From: Azolla caroliniana
Lineage: Eukaryota > Plantae > Polypodiophyta
NCBI GenBank assembly: GCA_043228905.1
Contig: JBHGNT010000155.1
Coordinates: 1 to 64,000, forward strand
Reading direction: 5' to 3'
DNA length: 64,000 nt
Below, one piece after another: positions 12,286 to 24,392 of the stretch; the first letter of the stretch is position 1; every line of letters begins with the position of its first letter. The notes under the pieces were generated by a model, which searched no databases, had not been told where the DNA came from, and saw nothing but the letters and a program-made list of their open reading frames with translations. Position numbers and translations under genes: made by a program.

Positions 12286-12516
12286 ATGCTCTATACAGTA
12301 GTTACACTCAATAACTCTATACAAAATAATGACAACACATTGATGCATACAGTTACTATTTGCCCTAGGTCATATTTATACTTTCGGGCTATTTACAAAT
12401 ATAGCCCCTATGGGTTCTCTAGAACATATTTACATATATGTCCCTTCATCCGAGGAGAGGTTCTCACCTTGCCTTCATCATCCCATCCGGAGGGAGTCGG
12501 GACTGAAATCCTAACA
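11947..12516 (-). repeat. 5' LTR of Copia-1
   Basis: Repeat of 1735-2322, followed on the minus strand by AAC plus the PBS. Confidence 0.9.
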
Positions 12517-13057
12517 ACATGGAACCAAGACAACATTGCCCATGTTAAATATCCCCTCTCACATTGTTGTTCCACCTTTGCCATAGCCCAACAAAGCATT
12601 CATCCTAGCCCCAAACCTCCAAGCGGCTTATGTTATGCATACACTATTAACACCATTGAATCGGTAGCTAGTTCCTCTCATTAGATTAGTTGAAAGATGA
12701 TGAGGTGATCCCCTCACATTCCAACCCATGTGGAAATGTTCCATCAGATAATCCTAGCAGAAAACCCCAACACCTCAGGATTTATGATCGACTTTTTTTT
12801 AATCGAAATGATTGACCTTGCTTGATCTAGATCTAATGCACCACAAGAATCACCATCAATTATTTAAAGTTATCACGTGTAAATGTGATTAATCAATATT
12901 AGAGTGGATGTCTATGACTAGACTCCACCAACATAGTTTTTCTCTTGCTCACACACTCACTCTCATGCATGCACAATACGTTCGCACACCCCGACTCATC
13001 AAGAGTCAACATTATTTACATGGAGGATTTGTTATGTGATATGTATTAGAAATATCA

Positions 13058-13850
13058 TTAGAATTAGAATTAGAATTTTTTATTTTCCATAAAGAGGCCA
13101 ATTTTGACCTATGGGACTAGAGTATACATGTGTTCTTGATATGTGTCTCCTTCCTAAAAAGGGGTATTCATACATTGAAGTACAAAGTCTCTATGCATGA
13201 ATAAAGCATATACATATGAGCTCAACCATCTAGGTGGTGTCTTAAGCATGGCACTTACGTTATCACTCCCTCTTAGTATGTTAACATATCTTGAATGAAT
13301 TGCAATATATGCCAAGCATGTGAAGAGCAAGTGACATTCATCCTCTACCATGCCTTCATTGTGTACTTTACATGCCTTCAAATTCGTTACATTTTGATAT
13401 CATGATGCAACTTCATTACCTAACTTGTGAGATCGAGTGCGAAGTAGTGTAAGGGCTCTACAAGCATTACTACTGGTATTGGTAATGAGATAAGGTTGGA
13501 TACGATCAATAGACATTATTGCTTTACATTGAGACCAACATTCAGGTTTGACATTTGCAATGTAGTATTCTAGTTTTGTCCTCTTAGCATCTTCCCACTT
13601 CATCCTTAATGATTCCACCAACCTTTCCTTAATCATTACATAATGCATAGTATCACCTGAAAATATCATCCACACCCCATCTTCTAAACCATTTTCTTAT
13701 GTCAACAACCCAACTGGACGAGAGAATTTTACTCTTATGATTCTTGTGTAGCTTACATCCAACATTCCAAGCAAGATGTGGTAATCCATGATTCAGCATA
13801 TTCTTAACCTTTGTAATGAATCTATATACTCTTAGGAGTGCCAATATTTC
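13058..13850 (-). mobile_element. Degenerate 5'-truncated LINE fragment
   Basis: LLRTRSHKLGNE and CKVH..VEDECHLLFTC resemble ORF 80..652. WVVDIRKWFRRWG resembles WMQDIEKWFGRWD. Ends in a short (AATTCT)n tail. Confidence 0.72.
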
Positions 13851-14020
13851 TACGCGCTAAACACCTATTTCCAAGATGGTATAGTGATGCTCAAAATGAA
13901 ATCACCTTAGTACCTTGCTTATTTTATTCATCATGTGACAAACAAGGTTCATTGCTCCTTGAGATAGTTGAGTCCAAATCCCAATCAAACCAATTAGAGT
14001 CTGCATCACCGGAAAATCTT

Positions 14021-14056
<36 letters not shown>

Positions 14057-14058
<2 letters not shown>

Positions 14059-15420
14059 ACTTGAAATTGATCATAGCTAGGGTATAGGTTATTGATTGGA
14101 TATATAGATCATACAACAATTGCCTTGGCAAACTCGTTGATGACCAACCCAACATTTTAAGTTGTGTATTGTCACTTTTTTCATTGACTGCAATCAACCA
14201 TTAGCTACAACAAGGTGCATTCAATGGCTCGAGGATACCCATTCGACCATTTCCTTCAAAAGATGAATCAACTAGAGAATGTGTGCCCTTGGAATTGGAA
14301 TGGGTTTTATATTTCATTCTACATGCAAGCCCATGAAATCACCATGGCATGTATAACAGTTGGGTTTGCACATCCAACCTCATTCGATGAAAAATAAAAT
14401 TTCTTTTTGTGTCACTCTACCATCTAGTAAAAGTTTTTCTTCTCCTATTGTAAAAGGAAGTTACACCTCCAAAGATTTCTCTAGTTTAGGCTCTTGTACT
14501 TTGAGTTGACCATCATGACCCCTTCTTCTTGAGATAACCCAACCTCTTTGGTAGTAACATGCACTTTGATTGAATTAACCAGAATAATAAAATTCCCATA
14601 AAATCTTGCGCACAAGAATTCTTCAAAATCCGCAATTATGTCACTGAAAGAAACGTCCTCCATGACCCCCCTCACTTTTTCATCTTCATCGAGTACACAA
14701 TATGATCTTACACATATTGTATCGTTGAATTTTTAGCTCTAGGATTTATTGTTGCAACTATTGATGTTGTTTGATTGAAATGTGACTTTTATTATATCTA
14801 GAAATGGTTTATTATCAATTGTGGGTTTCGAAATATCCGGATTCCAAAGTATCATTACTCACTCCTTGTATAGTCACTTTTAAAATACTACTTCCCTCCT
14901 CTTTGAAAGATCTCTTTTGTTCTACTCATGATTAAGTGATTCTATTTGCAACTAGACAAACTTATCCTCACCTTGAGTGCAAACCCATGCAAATGGAGCT
15001 GGGAAGGTCAAATTACTACGCCCACGTCAATCCACTTCTTCTTTTTCCTTGTTGGGCTACTAGCAATTGTCTATCTTCTGCTACCAACTCCCCCATCGGC
15101 CCATCTAACTTTACCATAGTCGATAAGTAGTGTTAATAGTCTTCATTGCGCAGATGAAGCAATGGGCTCATCTCATCTTCATCTCCAACCAAGATATTGT
15201 GGTGACAGGCTATTCGAGAATGATCATATGCGATGTGTCATATTTTATGAAGAAATTTTGGTCAATCTCCACCTTGCCAATCTTCACCAAAACATGAAGG
15301 TATGCACCATATAATTCCTTAATTTCTTCAATGCATTGCAAATCTACAGTTCATGGTTAGTGTTGGTGAGATATTCTTCTTTTTTATAGAAATCTTGTTT
15401 AGTATGACCAATGATGACTG
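14057..15420 (-). pseudogene. Highly decayed relic of the Gypsy family at 33.6-45.6 kb (PR-RT region)
   Basis: Hand translation gives VLVKIGKVEIDQNFF (~15250-15295; cf. VRVKIGDVEIDQHFF), MGILEP (~14230) and NLYPSYDQFQ (~14060-14090; cf. DLYSGYDQFQ). Confidence 0.7.
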
Positions 15421-16233
15421 AACATTGGTATTAATTCCTAGAACCGATACTTGGTCGGTCTTTAGGTTGTTTCACACCGCATGCCAAGGGCAACACTACA
15501 ACAATCAGGAATTATGAGCATCATGATCACACCCTAAGGAGAACTCACATATGAAAATTTGATCCAACAGGAGTGAGTTGCAACACAATAAGTGGGATGT
15601 AGAATGGGGTGTTACGAGCATTGTGACCTTACTCTAGGAACTTGCACATGAACTATGATGCATTTACCTTGGTCCCATGTGTTCACATGTGGGTCTCTCT
15701 CTCTCCATATAAATGTATCCATCCATATGTATATATAATGTACTATAGATACACAAATACATGTCTTCTCCACGACCCTAAAGATTTGCTAGGCTCCAAA
15801 ATGGATGTAGAAACAAGCTCTTTCTTTCGTACACCTTTAGTATGTGGGAGCATGATCTCTCCCTCCCTCTTTACCTATACCTTCATTGGATGTAAGGATG
15901 ACCTCTTTACATAAATAAGGTCCATACTTTGCAATGACCCAAAGTACACACGTAGAGGTAAAGGATATAGATTTACTATTTATGGTCCCATACAAAGATA
16001 TTCCAGGTTGTGGGACCCAAAGTATAGAGCCAAAGTCTATGGATTCAGTAATAACGGTCCCACACAAGGATATATTTTTTTGCTTGCCTTATTATTTGGT
16101 GGCCATGTTGAGCTTTTATTATGTGATTGGTAGAGCCAAGTTTCTGCATTGCTGCAGGCAACAAGCATTTCGAATTACTAGGTGCATCTTTATCATCATG
16201 TGAGCACCAAACTGAGAATTGCACAAATCCAGC

Positions 16234-17406
16234 ATGGAAATCATATCCATGGACGAGAATCCAACGGTGGTGGTGGGAAGGGCTACGCGGTTATATCTCG
16301 GGAGGCGGCTCAGCCATTGGATCCTATTGGCCACATTTTGTGTCATGGATGCACTTGGCTTGATGGGAGCATGGGTGGCAGGGAGGTTCTATTTTGCTCA
16401 AGGAGGCCAACAAAGGTGGCTTTACACTACCCTCCAAACCATTGGATGGCCAATCCTAATCCCACCCCTCTTCATTACCTACTACTTAGAGACCAGAAGA
16501 CCCAAATCCAGTGACCCCATTATCATACTACTACTACTGCATTCACCTGGCTCCATCATCACCACGGCACGTGCGCTCCTCGATGCTCGTGCATCCGTGG
16601 GCGCACCCTTCACCCCTACCCTCCTCCTCGTCTTCACCGGCCTCGGTTTCCTCACCTCCATCGACAACTTCCTCTTCACTTACGGCCTCTCGTACTTGTC
16701 CGTCTCCACGGCCGCCCTACTCGGCTCGTCCCAACTCGCCTTCACCTCCGTCTTCTCCTATCTTCTCGTCCGATTTCGTTTCACATTCGGGTCTCTGAAT
16801 GCTGTCTTTGCAATCACGCTCGGCACCGTCCTTTTGGGCCTCCCCGGGGCGGCCGCGAGCACCGACATCCCACCGGGCACCAGCCACAAACAGTACATTC
16901 TGGCAGTCGTGGCTGCCATTGGTGCGGCCGCCCTATTTGGCCTCATCTTACCTCTCCTCGAGCTCACATACGAGAAACTCATCCATAGATCCAACATCTG
17001 TGTCATCCTGGAGACTCAAATCATGGTATCCCTGTTCGCCACCGTGTTTTCTCTGCTGGGCATGGCTTTTAGTGGCGAATTCTCGGCCATTCATGGAGAA
17101 TCTACCACATTTGGTAGCAGTAGCTCCTCCATATATTGTGTGGTGCTCCTAGCAACAGCCGTATGCTGGCAGCTGTGCTATGTGGGTGCGCTAGGCCTCG
17201 TATTCCTGGCCTCCGCTCTGTTCTCCAACCTTCTGAGCACCTCATTTTTGCCCATCATCTCCATCCTTGCTTTGGCTGTCTTCCACGATGACTTCTCCTC
17301 TCTTAAGGCCATCGCTGTGCTGCTCTCCTTCTGGGGTACCATCTCCTATGCCTATGGCGGCTATTCTAATAATGCCACAATCCCGGATCATCCAACTACG
17401 ACCTAG
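16234..17406 (+). CDS. PUP: Purine permease (PUP / PUNUT) family membrane transporter, intronless
   Basis: RFYFAQGGQQRWLYTTLQTIGWPILIPP, DNFLFTYGLSYLSVST..LLGSSQLAFTSVFSY, SLNAVF, CWQLCYVGALGLVF and FHDDFSSLK are PUP hallmarks. About 10 hydrophobic segments. First ATG at 16234. Confidence 0.92.
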   Translation: MEIISMDENPTVVVGRATRLYLGRRLSHWILLATFCVMDALGLMGAWVAGRFYFAQGGQQRWLYTTLQTIGWPILIPPLFITYYLETRRPKSSDPIIILLLLHSPGSIITTARALLDARASVGAPFTPTLLLVFTGLGFLTSIDNFLFTYGLSYLSVSTAALLGSSQLAFTSVFSYLLVRFRFTFGSLNAVFAITLGTVLLGLPGAAASTDIPPGTSHKQYILAVVAAIGAAALFGLILPLLELTYEKLIHRSNICVILETQIMVSLFATVFSLLGMAFSGEFSAIHGESTTFGSSSSSIYCVVLLATAVCWQLCYVGALGLVFLASALFSNLLSTSFLPIISILALAVFHDDFSSLKAIAVLLSFWGTISYAYGGYSNNATIPDHPTTT

Positions 17407-18207
17407 CTACCTTACCTACCTACCTACCTACCTCCTGCGCCTGCGCTCACGATTTGCCCAACCAACCAAGCAGGAATGGATTATGGATTATGGACATCTA
17501 CCACACATTCCTGCACGCCTCGCCCTCTCATTTACGCCTCTTTTCCTCCTTCAATCTCTTAAAAAACTCCTCCTGTTCTTCTCAATCTCTAACCCAAAAA
17601 GAAGCATATATATATAACACAAATATTCCTCTTCGTTCGCCATGAATGAATGATTGTTTCTTACATCTTCTTCAAGAAAAACTCGTTTCCTTCTATCTTA
17701 ATCCTGAGTGAGCCCTTCAAAATTGATTGTAACTGCCTAATCCACAGTAATATCCTATCTCTTGATGCATGCATTTAGAATTGTGTATTTGGGAAAAGAG
17801 TTGCTATTACGTTCCTTCCATTTCCAGATCGAACACGGATTGTTACGAAAACAAAATTTGACTCGAAAAAATTCCGAGCATGGGGCTAAATTCTAATGTT
17901 AATGTTGTTGTTTTATTTTGTGGGAGGTAGAATTTGGATCTATACATATTTCTAAAGCCATTTACATATGTACTATAGTCTATCATTGAGCTAGACCCCC
18001 ACAAGAAACATGATGGAATTTTTGGCTCAGAAATCTGAGGTTGTAAGGAGGAAAAGTTTCCTACGAGGAATAAAGTTGTACAAAAAAGAAAATCATCTTG
18101 GGCCCTTTGTTTGAACCTATTGGACACTCCATCGTCTCTATGGTCTTTAGATGGGCCTAGTCATTTTGTCCCTAGCATTCACATTTGGCCTTTAAACTGA
18201 GCAAAAA

Positions 18208-18209
<2 letters not shown>

Positions 18210-18238
<29 letters not shown>
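18210..18238. repeat. (TG)n microsatellite
   Basis: Direct reading. Other microsatellites: (TA)n 14024-14056, (TACC)n 17408-17433, (CT)n 19613-19646, poly-G 31919-31938. Confidence 0.95.
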
Positions 18239-19608
18239 ATAGAACAAAAGAAGCGCTTGACGCGGAGCAAATAACGGAGAGGAAGATTGTGATCATTTGG
18301 TATCGGGTGTTACAACTAAATACCCTCACTAACCGAGAATTTCACAATCATTACGAACACTTTTTATTACACATAAAAAACACAAATACATAAACATAAC
18401 CACATGCACGTGCAATTTCTTTACGCCCCTGTTATTATATATGTGCCAAAATCACAAACACTTAGCTAAGCCTATACATATGCATATACATCACTTTATT
18501 CATGTGTACACATACAAAGACAAGCATGTAGACACATGAACTAACACAAACACACGTACTCATGCATATATGTGGTCTCAACCATACACACTAACAATTA
18601 CATGCATACACACATATACCTTCCTATCTACATCCACACCTAAAAACAAATAATTGCTCATACACGAGCAAAAAATGATTGCACACACTCATTATATACA
18701 AGCACTCACTTATAAAATCAAGTTTCATTCACATCTACTATTCCAAAGCACGAATTTATCGAACCAAACCTCATTACACAAGAAAGGGTGAACTAAAATT
18801 TCCCTGGTACACAACATGTGCATTTACAAATGTACTTGTGCAAAACGAACAAGGAGAACAATCGTCATTCTCAACCCTTCCTCAACATTGTCATTGATAG
18901 AGCCATCTTCCATAGTTCAAGTTCTCGTTGGTCTTGCTTGGCTTTTTCACACGCATGAATGTAATTTTCACAATAGCATGTATGAAATAAAGACAACACT
19001 CGGACAAGATCCATGTGTGAAATCCAAGAACATATGGGGTTTGGAACTCCTCTAGTAGACATTTGACAAATTTATGTACATGCCAATAGAAATAAGTAAG
19101 ACCTTTTTTATGGAACATGGAAAAGATTTGTGTTAGTATATCGTCTTGTACATAATCATGGTCTTGGAACATTCTTTGTGACCGTGGAGGCTAGGACTAC
19201 TCACATCTCATCAATCTACATTGTAGTTTTCATTCATCTCTCTTTTAAACCTTATCCGAACATTCAAACTATTTTCACAATTGAACATTCAATACTAAAT
19301 CTCTTGACATGCTTGAAGTCTCGACATTCCGTTCAAATATGACGTCTCTAAAATGGGGAGAAAGTTTTGGACAAATGTGTTATCAACCAAGTTTTTCAAT
19401 GCTCCCCCACTATTCGATTGGTAAAACATAGCCAATAAATAGTACTTACAATAAGAGACAAGTCAAAATACTATTTTTGTAAGGAGTTAAAGAAGAATTC
19501 CAATGTTGGACATATGCAACCTCCTATGACTTCCAAATATCACTTGTTATGGTATGATGTAATCTACATCTTGGATGTTAATACATCATCATCGTCGTGA
19601 TGATCATC

Positions 19609-19650
<42 letters not shown>

Positions 19651-20454
19651 AGGATCCAAAGTCAACTATTTCTTCAAGCACATTTATATTTTGCATGTTT
19701 TGGGAAGAATGCAAAGTAGTCAACAATAAAAGCCAGTTTGCAAACAAATTTTGTTCATTATCTGAAAACACATATCTCATTATTTTAAGAGCTTTAAAGA
19801 ATAGATTATTTAAAACATTAGCAAGCACAAGCTTGCTCTATCCACTTCTAACTTTCAATTAAGATGATCAGCTTTTTATGAGTCTAGTGGACAACTCAAA
19901 GTGAACCACCGTGGCTTTGCATTATTGGAGTAATGATTTTGGATGGCTAATGTCGCATTTTGGTATGTAAAGCATTTGGATGACTTGGTCCATAAAAAAA
20001 GTACTTCCGTAGTAATGCGTCCACAACCTCACAATTAACAAGGTCTTTCTTAAGTTCCTTAGAGGCCATTTACTACCTTCTTATCTTCATATTTGAACGT
20101 CCATGTAATAAATTTCAATATTTTGTGTCATTTGATCAATATCGAATGATGTCTACCATTTATATATATGATCGACATAATAACTCAACTCTACTTGAAA
20201 ATATAGATGTCTTAACCACTCAATAGAAGGGACTTGTCTTTGGAAAACCCAATGAGCTTTCTCCCATCTCATACTAATCCTTAACAACAAAGGCATGACA
20301 AACATTTGTCAAAGCTTTGCAATTAATATTTGTTGAAAACCCTGAGCACATATAGTTGAAACCAATGTGAGCATTAGTTGCAAAGGGCAAGTTATGGGCA
20401 GAATGTATTCAGGGCTTCATTGCGTTTCCAGAATGTAGGGACACATTTAGAGAC

Positions 20455-20462
20455 TATATAAA
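20455..20462 (+). promoter_or_regulatory. Probable TATA box of second PUP gene
   Basis: TATATAAA about 70 bp upstream of the ATG at 20530. Confidence 0.5.
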
Positions 20463-20529
20463 GGAAGATGCCGAATACATCAAGTTGAGTTTAGTTGCGT
20501 GGGGAGCTAAACTAGTGAGAGAGAAATCT

Positions 20530-21732
20530 ATGCATATGGATGATGATGATGATCTACAAAGGACGGTGGGGGACGAGGCATACATGAGAAGGAGTTTGAC
20601 CCATTGGGTGGTAGTGGGCACTTGTTGCATCATGGGATGTGTGGGGACGGGTGGAGGTCTCCTATTGGGTAGGCTCTATTCGTATGGAGGTGGCCAACAG
20701 AAGTGGCTTTACACTGCCCTCCAGACCATTGGATGGCCGATCCTTATCCCACCCTTACTCCTCACCTATTACCTAGGGGCCAAGTCCCAACAGAAATGCC
20801 AGTCACGTGACCCCACCCCAAACCCCGCCCATACCAATACCAATACCAATACCAATACCATCCTCACCTCACTTGACCTGTGGGTTGCTCACTCCCACAT
20901 AGGCGCCTCCTTCACCCCCACCTTCCTCTTCACCTTCGTGGCCATGGGCTTCCTCACCTCCATGGACAACTTCCTCTTCGTCTATGGCCTCTCCTACCTC
21001 TCCATCTCCACCACCTCCCTGCTCACGTCCTCACAACTCGCATTCAACGCCATCTTCTCGTACCTCCTCGTCCGCCATCGCTTCACTGCCGCATCTCTCA
21101 ATGCCGTGTTCGCCATTACCCTCGCCACTATCTTCCTCGGTCTCCATGCCGTCACATTCGAGGAAACCGACTTGCCTCCCGACACGAGTCGCCACCAATA
21201 TGTCCTCGCTATCCTCGCCACTCTCGGAGGGTCGGCCCTTTTCGGCCTCATCTTCCCCCTAATGCAACTCGCATACCAAACCGTCGTCCACAAAGCCACA
21301 TTCTGTGTCATCTTGGAAGCTCAAATCTTGCTAGCTATGTCCGCTACCGCCTTTTCGTTGATAGGCATGGGCATCTGCCATGAATTCTCCGCCATTCCCG
21401 ACGAATCGAAGAATTTCCGGTACAACAGATCCATATATTGTCTCATGCTCGTCGCGTCCACCATATGTTGGCAACTCAGCTTCCTTGGTACGATTGGTCT
21501 CGTGTTCATCGTCTCGGCCCTCTTTTCGAGCATTGTTACCAACGCTTTCTTTCCCGTGCTCTCCCTCATTGCCATTGGTGTGTACCATGATGAATTCTCG
21601 GCTCTTAAGGCCATATCTGTGGTCCTCTCATTTTGGGGTGTTATCTCCTATGGTTATGGTGGATATGTGGAAGCCAAGTATTCACAACCAAGCACAATAT
21701 TGCCCCGTGATGAGGAATCGACGGTTCCGTGA
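20530..21732 (+). CDS. PUP: Purine permease (PUP) family transporter, tandem paralogue, intronless
   Basis: LLGRLYSYGGGQQKWLYTALQTIGWPILIPP, DNFLFVYGLSYLSISTTSLLTSSQLAFNAIFSY, CWQLSFLGTIGLVF, YHDEFSALK. First ATG at 20530. Confidence 0.93.
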   Translation: MHMDDDDDLQRTVGDEAYMRRSLTHWVVVGTCCIMGCVGTGGGLLLGRLYSYGGGQQKWLYTALQTIGWPILIPPLLLTYYLGAKSQQKCQSRDPTPNPAHTNTNTNTNTILTSLDLWVAHSHIGASFTPTFLFTFVAMGFLTSMDNFLFVYGLSYLSISTTSLLTSSQLAFNAIFSYLLVRHRFTAASLNAVFAITLATIFLGLHAVTFEETDLPPDTSRHQYVLAILATLGGSALFGLIFPLMQLAYQTVVHKATFCVILEAQILLAMSATAFSLIGMGICHEFSAIPDESKNFRYNRSIYCLMLVASTICWQLSFLGTIGLVFIVSALFSSIVTNAFFPVLSLIAIGVYHDEFSALKAISVVLSFWGVISYGYGGYVEAKYSQPSTILPRDEESTVP

Positions 21733-22405
21733 TGTGATCTAGAATACCCTTGTACCCTGATGTGCAATAGTATACACTCTCTTAGTTATAGATGTTCTTT
21801 GTCAAGCTTCTTGTCCAATGGTCTACAACTAACTTCATTGATCACGGTCATTATAAAAAGTAAAAGTGATAGTGCAAACTAAATCTAGTTGTTAAAGGGA
21901 GATTGGCAAGCCAAAGCATCATAATGTAGAATTCAAGCCCAAGATATTACTCACTACAAGTTGAAATGGTAGCGTTAGGTGTGAACAAGCACCATCAAAC
22001 CTCATAATACATGTAGGCAAAGTGAAAAGGAGCTCTATTGAATGTGTTTAAGTGTGGTGGTTGTTTGTTCTAACAACTTAATGCATATAAATGAACTATA
22101 GAATTATAGTGGGGGCTAGTTTCTCAATTTGTAAGTTTCATGTGTATCTGCTCAGTTACATAAGCATGATCTATATTAACTCGTGTTGCTTTTGCTATTG
22201 CAATCACACGTAGTGCTCTCATGTGCTTGCTATAGTGTTCTCTACTATAAGTATTTGGGTAAATCTAGCATTATTCTAAAGCTTTTCGTTCCTGGGGGTT
22301 ACTATTAAATAGAACTAGGAAGTAAGGGATAGTTGTCAATCAAGCATTTTCAATAAAAGAGTGTTTGGGTTTCGATGGCAACCAAATTAAGTGATGAGCT
22401 ACCGT

Positions 22406-22772
22406 TAGCAATGGGCAACAATTCACAAAACTGCGGTTTAACAAGTTAATGGTTTAAATGGTTTGATTCGGTTCGAGCCTTTATCAGTTTCACGGTTTTC
22501 GGTTTAAAAAATTAAAATTTGAAATATTGAAAAATTTTAAAATTTTAAAACTAAAATGTGAAATTTAGAATTTTGACCTAACTTGAAAACCAAAACCGAA
22601 CCGCGAAACCACAATTTTAACCATTTCATAATTTTCATAATGGTTTGGTTTAAATAGTTTCGTGGTTCGGATTAAGTTTTAAATTTTTTATATAGTTTGG
22701 TTTTAAATGGTTCGAGGTTGACAGTCTCAAATTGAACCAAACCAAACCAAACCAAACAATTGCCGATTGTTA
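22406..22772. mobile_element. hAT-type MITE (non-autonomous DNA transposon)
   Basis: Imperfect TIRs TAGCAATGGGCAA / TTGCCGATTGTTA. 8-bp TSD GCTACCGT (22398-22405) / GCTGCCGT (22773-22780). AT-rich interior with AAACC/GGTTT subterminal repeats. Confidence 0.75.
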
Positions 22773-23046
22773 GCTGCCGTAGGGTTTAACATACTAAAGT
22801 GAACTTCATCTATTTTAACATCATATTGCAAATACAGAGGTTGATGCAACCGTCATGATCAAGGATACAACTACACTTAGCTAGCACAAAACCAAACCAA
22901 ACCAAACCAAACAATTGCCGATTGTTAGCTGCCGTAGGGTTTAACATACTAAAGTGAACTTCATCTATTTTAACATCATATTACAAATACAGAGGTTGAT
23001 GCAACCGTCATGATCAAGGATACAACTACACTTAGCTAGCACAAAA
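22735..23046. repeat. 155-bp tandem duplication covering the MITE right end
   Basis: The sequence at 22761 recurs at 22916. One mismatch seen (ttgcaaat / ttacaaat). Confidence 0.92.
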
Positions 23047-24145
23047 CTCCATTTCGGTCTTTTTGTTCTCTCACAATTTCATTTATTCCTTGATTTCTCA
23101 AAAAGAGGAAAGACTTTAGTCTCACATGCGTTGAGATTTGATTGATATTATTGATGGGTGATTGATGAGAGTGTAAATGATGAGGTTTGAACTCGAGTGG
23201 ATAAAAACTCAGAGATTTACAACAAAAGAATATAATTGTAATTTCAAAGGTACCAAGGTACCAACTGTTTGTAGAAAATCAATAAATCTTGAAGAGATTT
23301 TGTTCTCTTCTTATTGACCAACAAGTTTTCATCATACAAGATTTCTTCATTACAAGCCAATTTCTAGACTAAGATGTAGTATCAAAATAGATATTCATCT
23401 AAGATTGTATATATCTTATCAGACAAGAATGTTCCTTTTTAATTAAAAATACCATTTACAATCCTTGTTGCAATATGTGTAGGATCTATGTATCGATGGA
23501 GTTAACTCCTCGATGTCGTTTGCGGAGTTCGGACCGGCGTATACCCTTTTGATGGCGAATCAGGCGGAGATGGTTGTTGGACACCTCTGAGCCTCACACT
23601 CACTTAACGATTAATAGATGATTAAGCACGATATCTCTCTCACTCTCTCAAGCTCGCTCTCATAGCCAATAGGGTAAATTATGAATATAGACAATAAGAG
23701 TAATGAATATGTTTATTAACCCTCTTTGCTAAGAGGTCTAGCACCAACAAGGAAGAGAGATTAGTGTTCTCTTTAGAACTAAACACCTCACTAATCTCTC
23801 TTAAGCTTAAAGGTTACAAGAAGGAGGAGAGGAAGCTCTAGCTCTTAATCAATGGGAGATCTTTACAAATGAAAGAACCCTTACAAAGCCACCACTATGT
23901 GGTTTATATAGCATTTACATTTAGGGTGTGGACCTTTCACACTTGGATGTCCATTAGTCCTCTTTCCTCTTGCCATTCCCTCTTCGTAGGTCCTTTAGCC
24001 ATACTACGTCCTTGTCGATGTGCTCTTCTTCATTACTGGTCGTGGTGTGATCCAAACGCTTAACATACCCCCCACCCTAATGTTGGGAGACAGGTCCCTT
24101 CGGATGGGAAGGGAGAAGAACAGTGCTAATGAACAAACTCAGTTG

Positions 24146-24392
24146 CGGAGAGCCGGAGGTTGCAGACCCGGTGGAAACCGGATGAGAAGTACCCGGCTAT
24201 GGAGAGCCGGAGGGTGTAGACCCGGTGAGAACTGGATGAGGAGTACTCGACTACGGAGAGCCGGATGGTGCAGACCCGGTGAGAACCGGATGAGGAGTAC
24301 CCGGCTACGGAGAGCCGGATGGTGCAGACCCGGTGAGACCCGGATGAGGAGTACTCGGCTACGGAGAGTCGGATGGTGAAGACCTGGTGAGG
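24146..24392 (+). repeat. 54-bp tandem array in the 5' LTR U3 (~4.5 units)
   Basis: Unit GGAGAGCCGGATGGTGCAGACCCGGTGAGAACCGGATGAGGAGTACCCGGCTAC. Confidence 0.9.

Larger units (their letters stand above)
1735..12516 (-). mobile_element. Ty1/Copia LTR retrotransposon (Copia-1), degenerate, with nested Copia-2
   Basis: LTRs 1735-2322 and 11947-12516 (TG..CA). PBS-like TGGTATTAGAGCG (11931-11943, minus strand). PPT 2323-2333. Fragmented gag, PR (VVDSGASFH), INT, RT (LLLYVDDML) and RNase H in Copia order. No TSD found. Confidence 0.93.

Noticed and set aside
11968-12684. 238-aa ORF and similar LTR-spanning ORFs with SLSL/ERER runs
   Set aside because: Translations of LTR sequence and (CT)/(GA) microsatellites.
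17840-20300. Short ORFs and possible DNA-transposon relics between the PUP genes
   Set aside because: No TIR/TSD or motif could be established by eye.
24146-24392. Regularly spaced repeats resembling a CRISPR array or an 18-aa repeat protein (RRAGWCRPGENRMRSTRL)
   Set aside because: These are contiguous tandem units with no unique spacers, lying inside Copia LTR U3. The ORFs are by-products of the 54-bp period.
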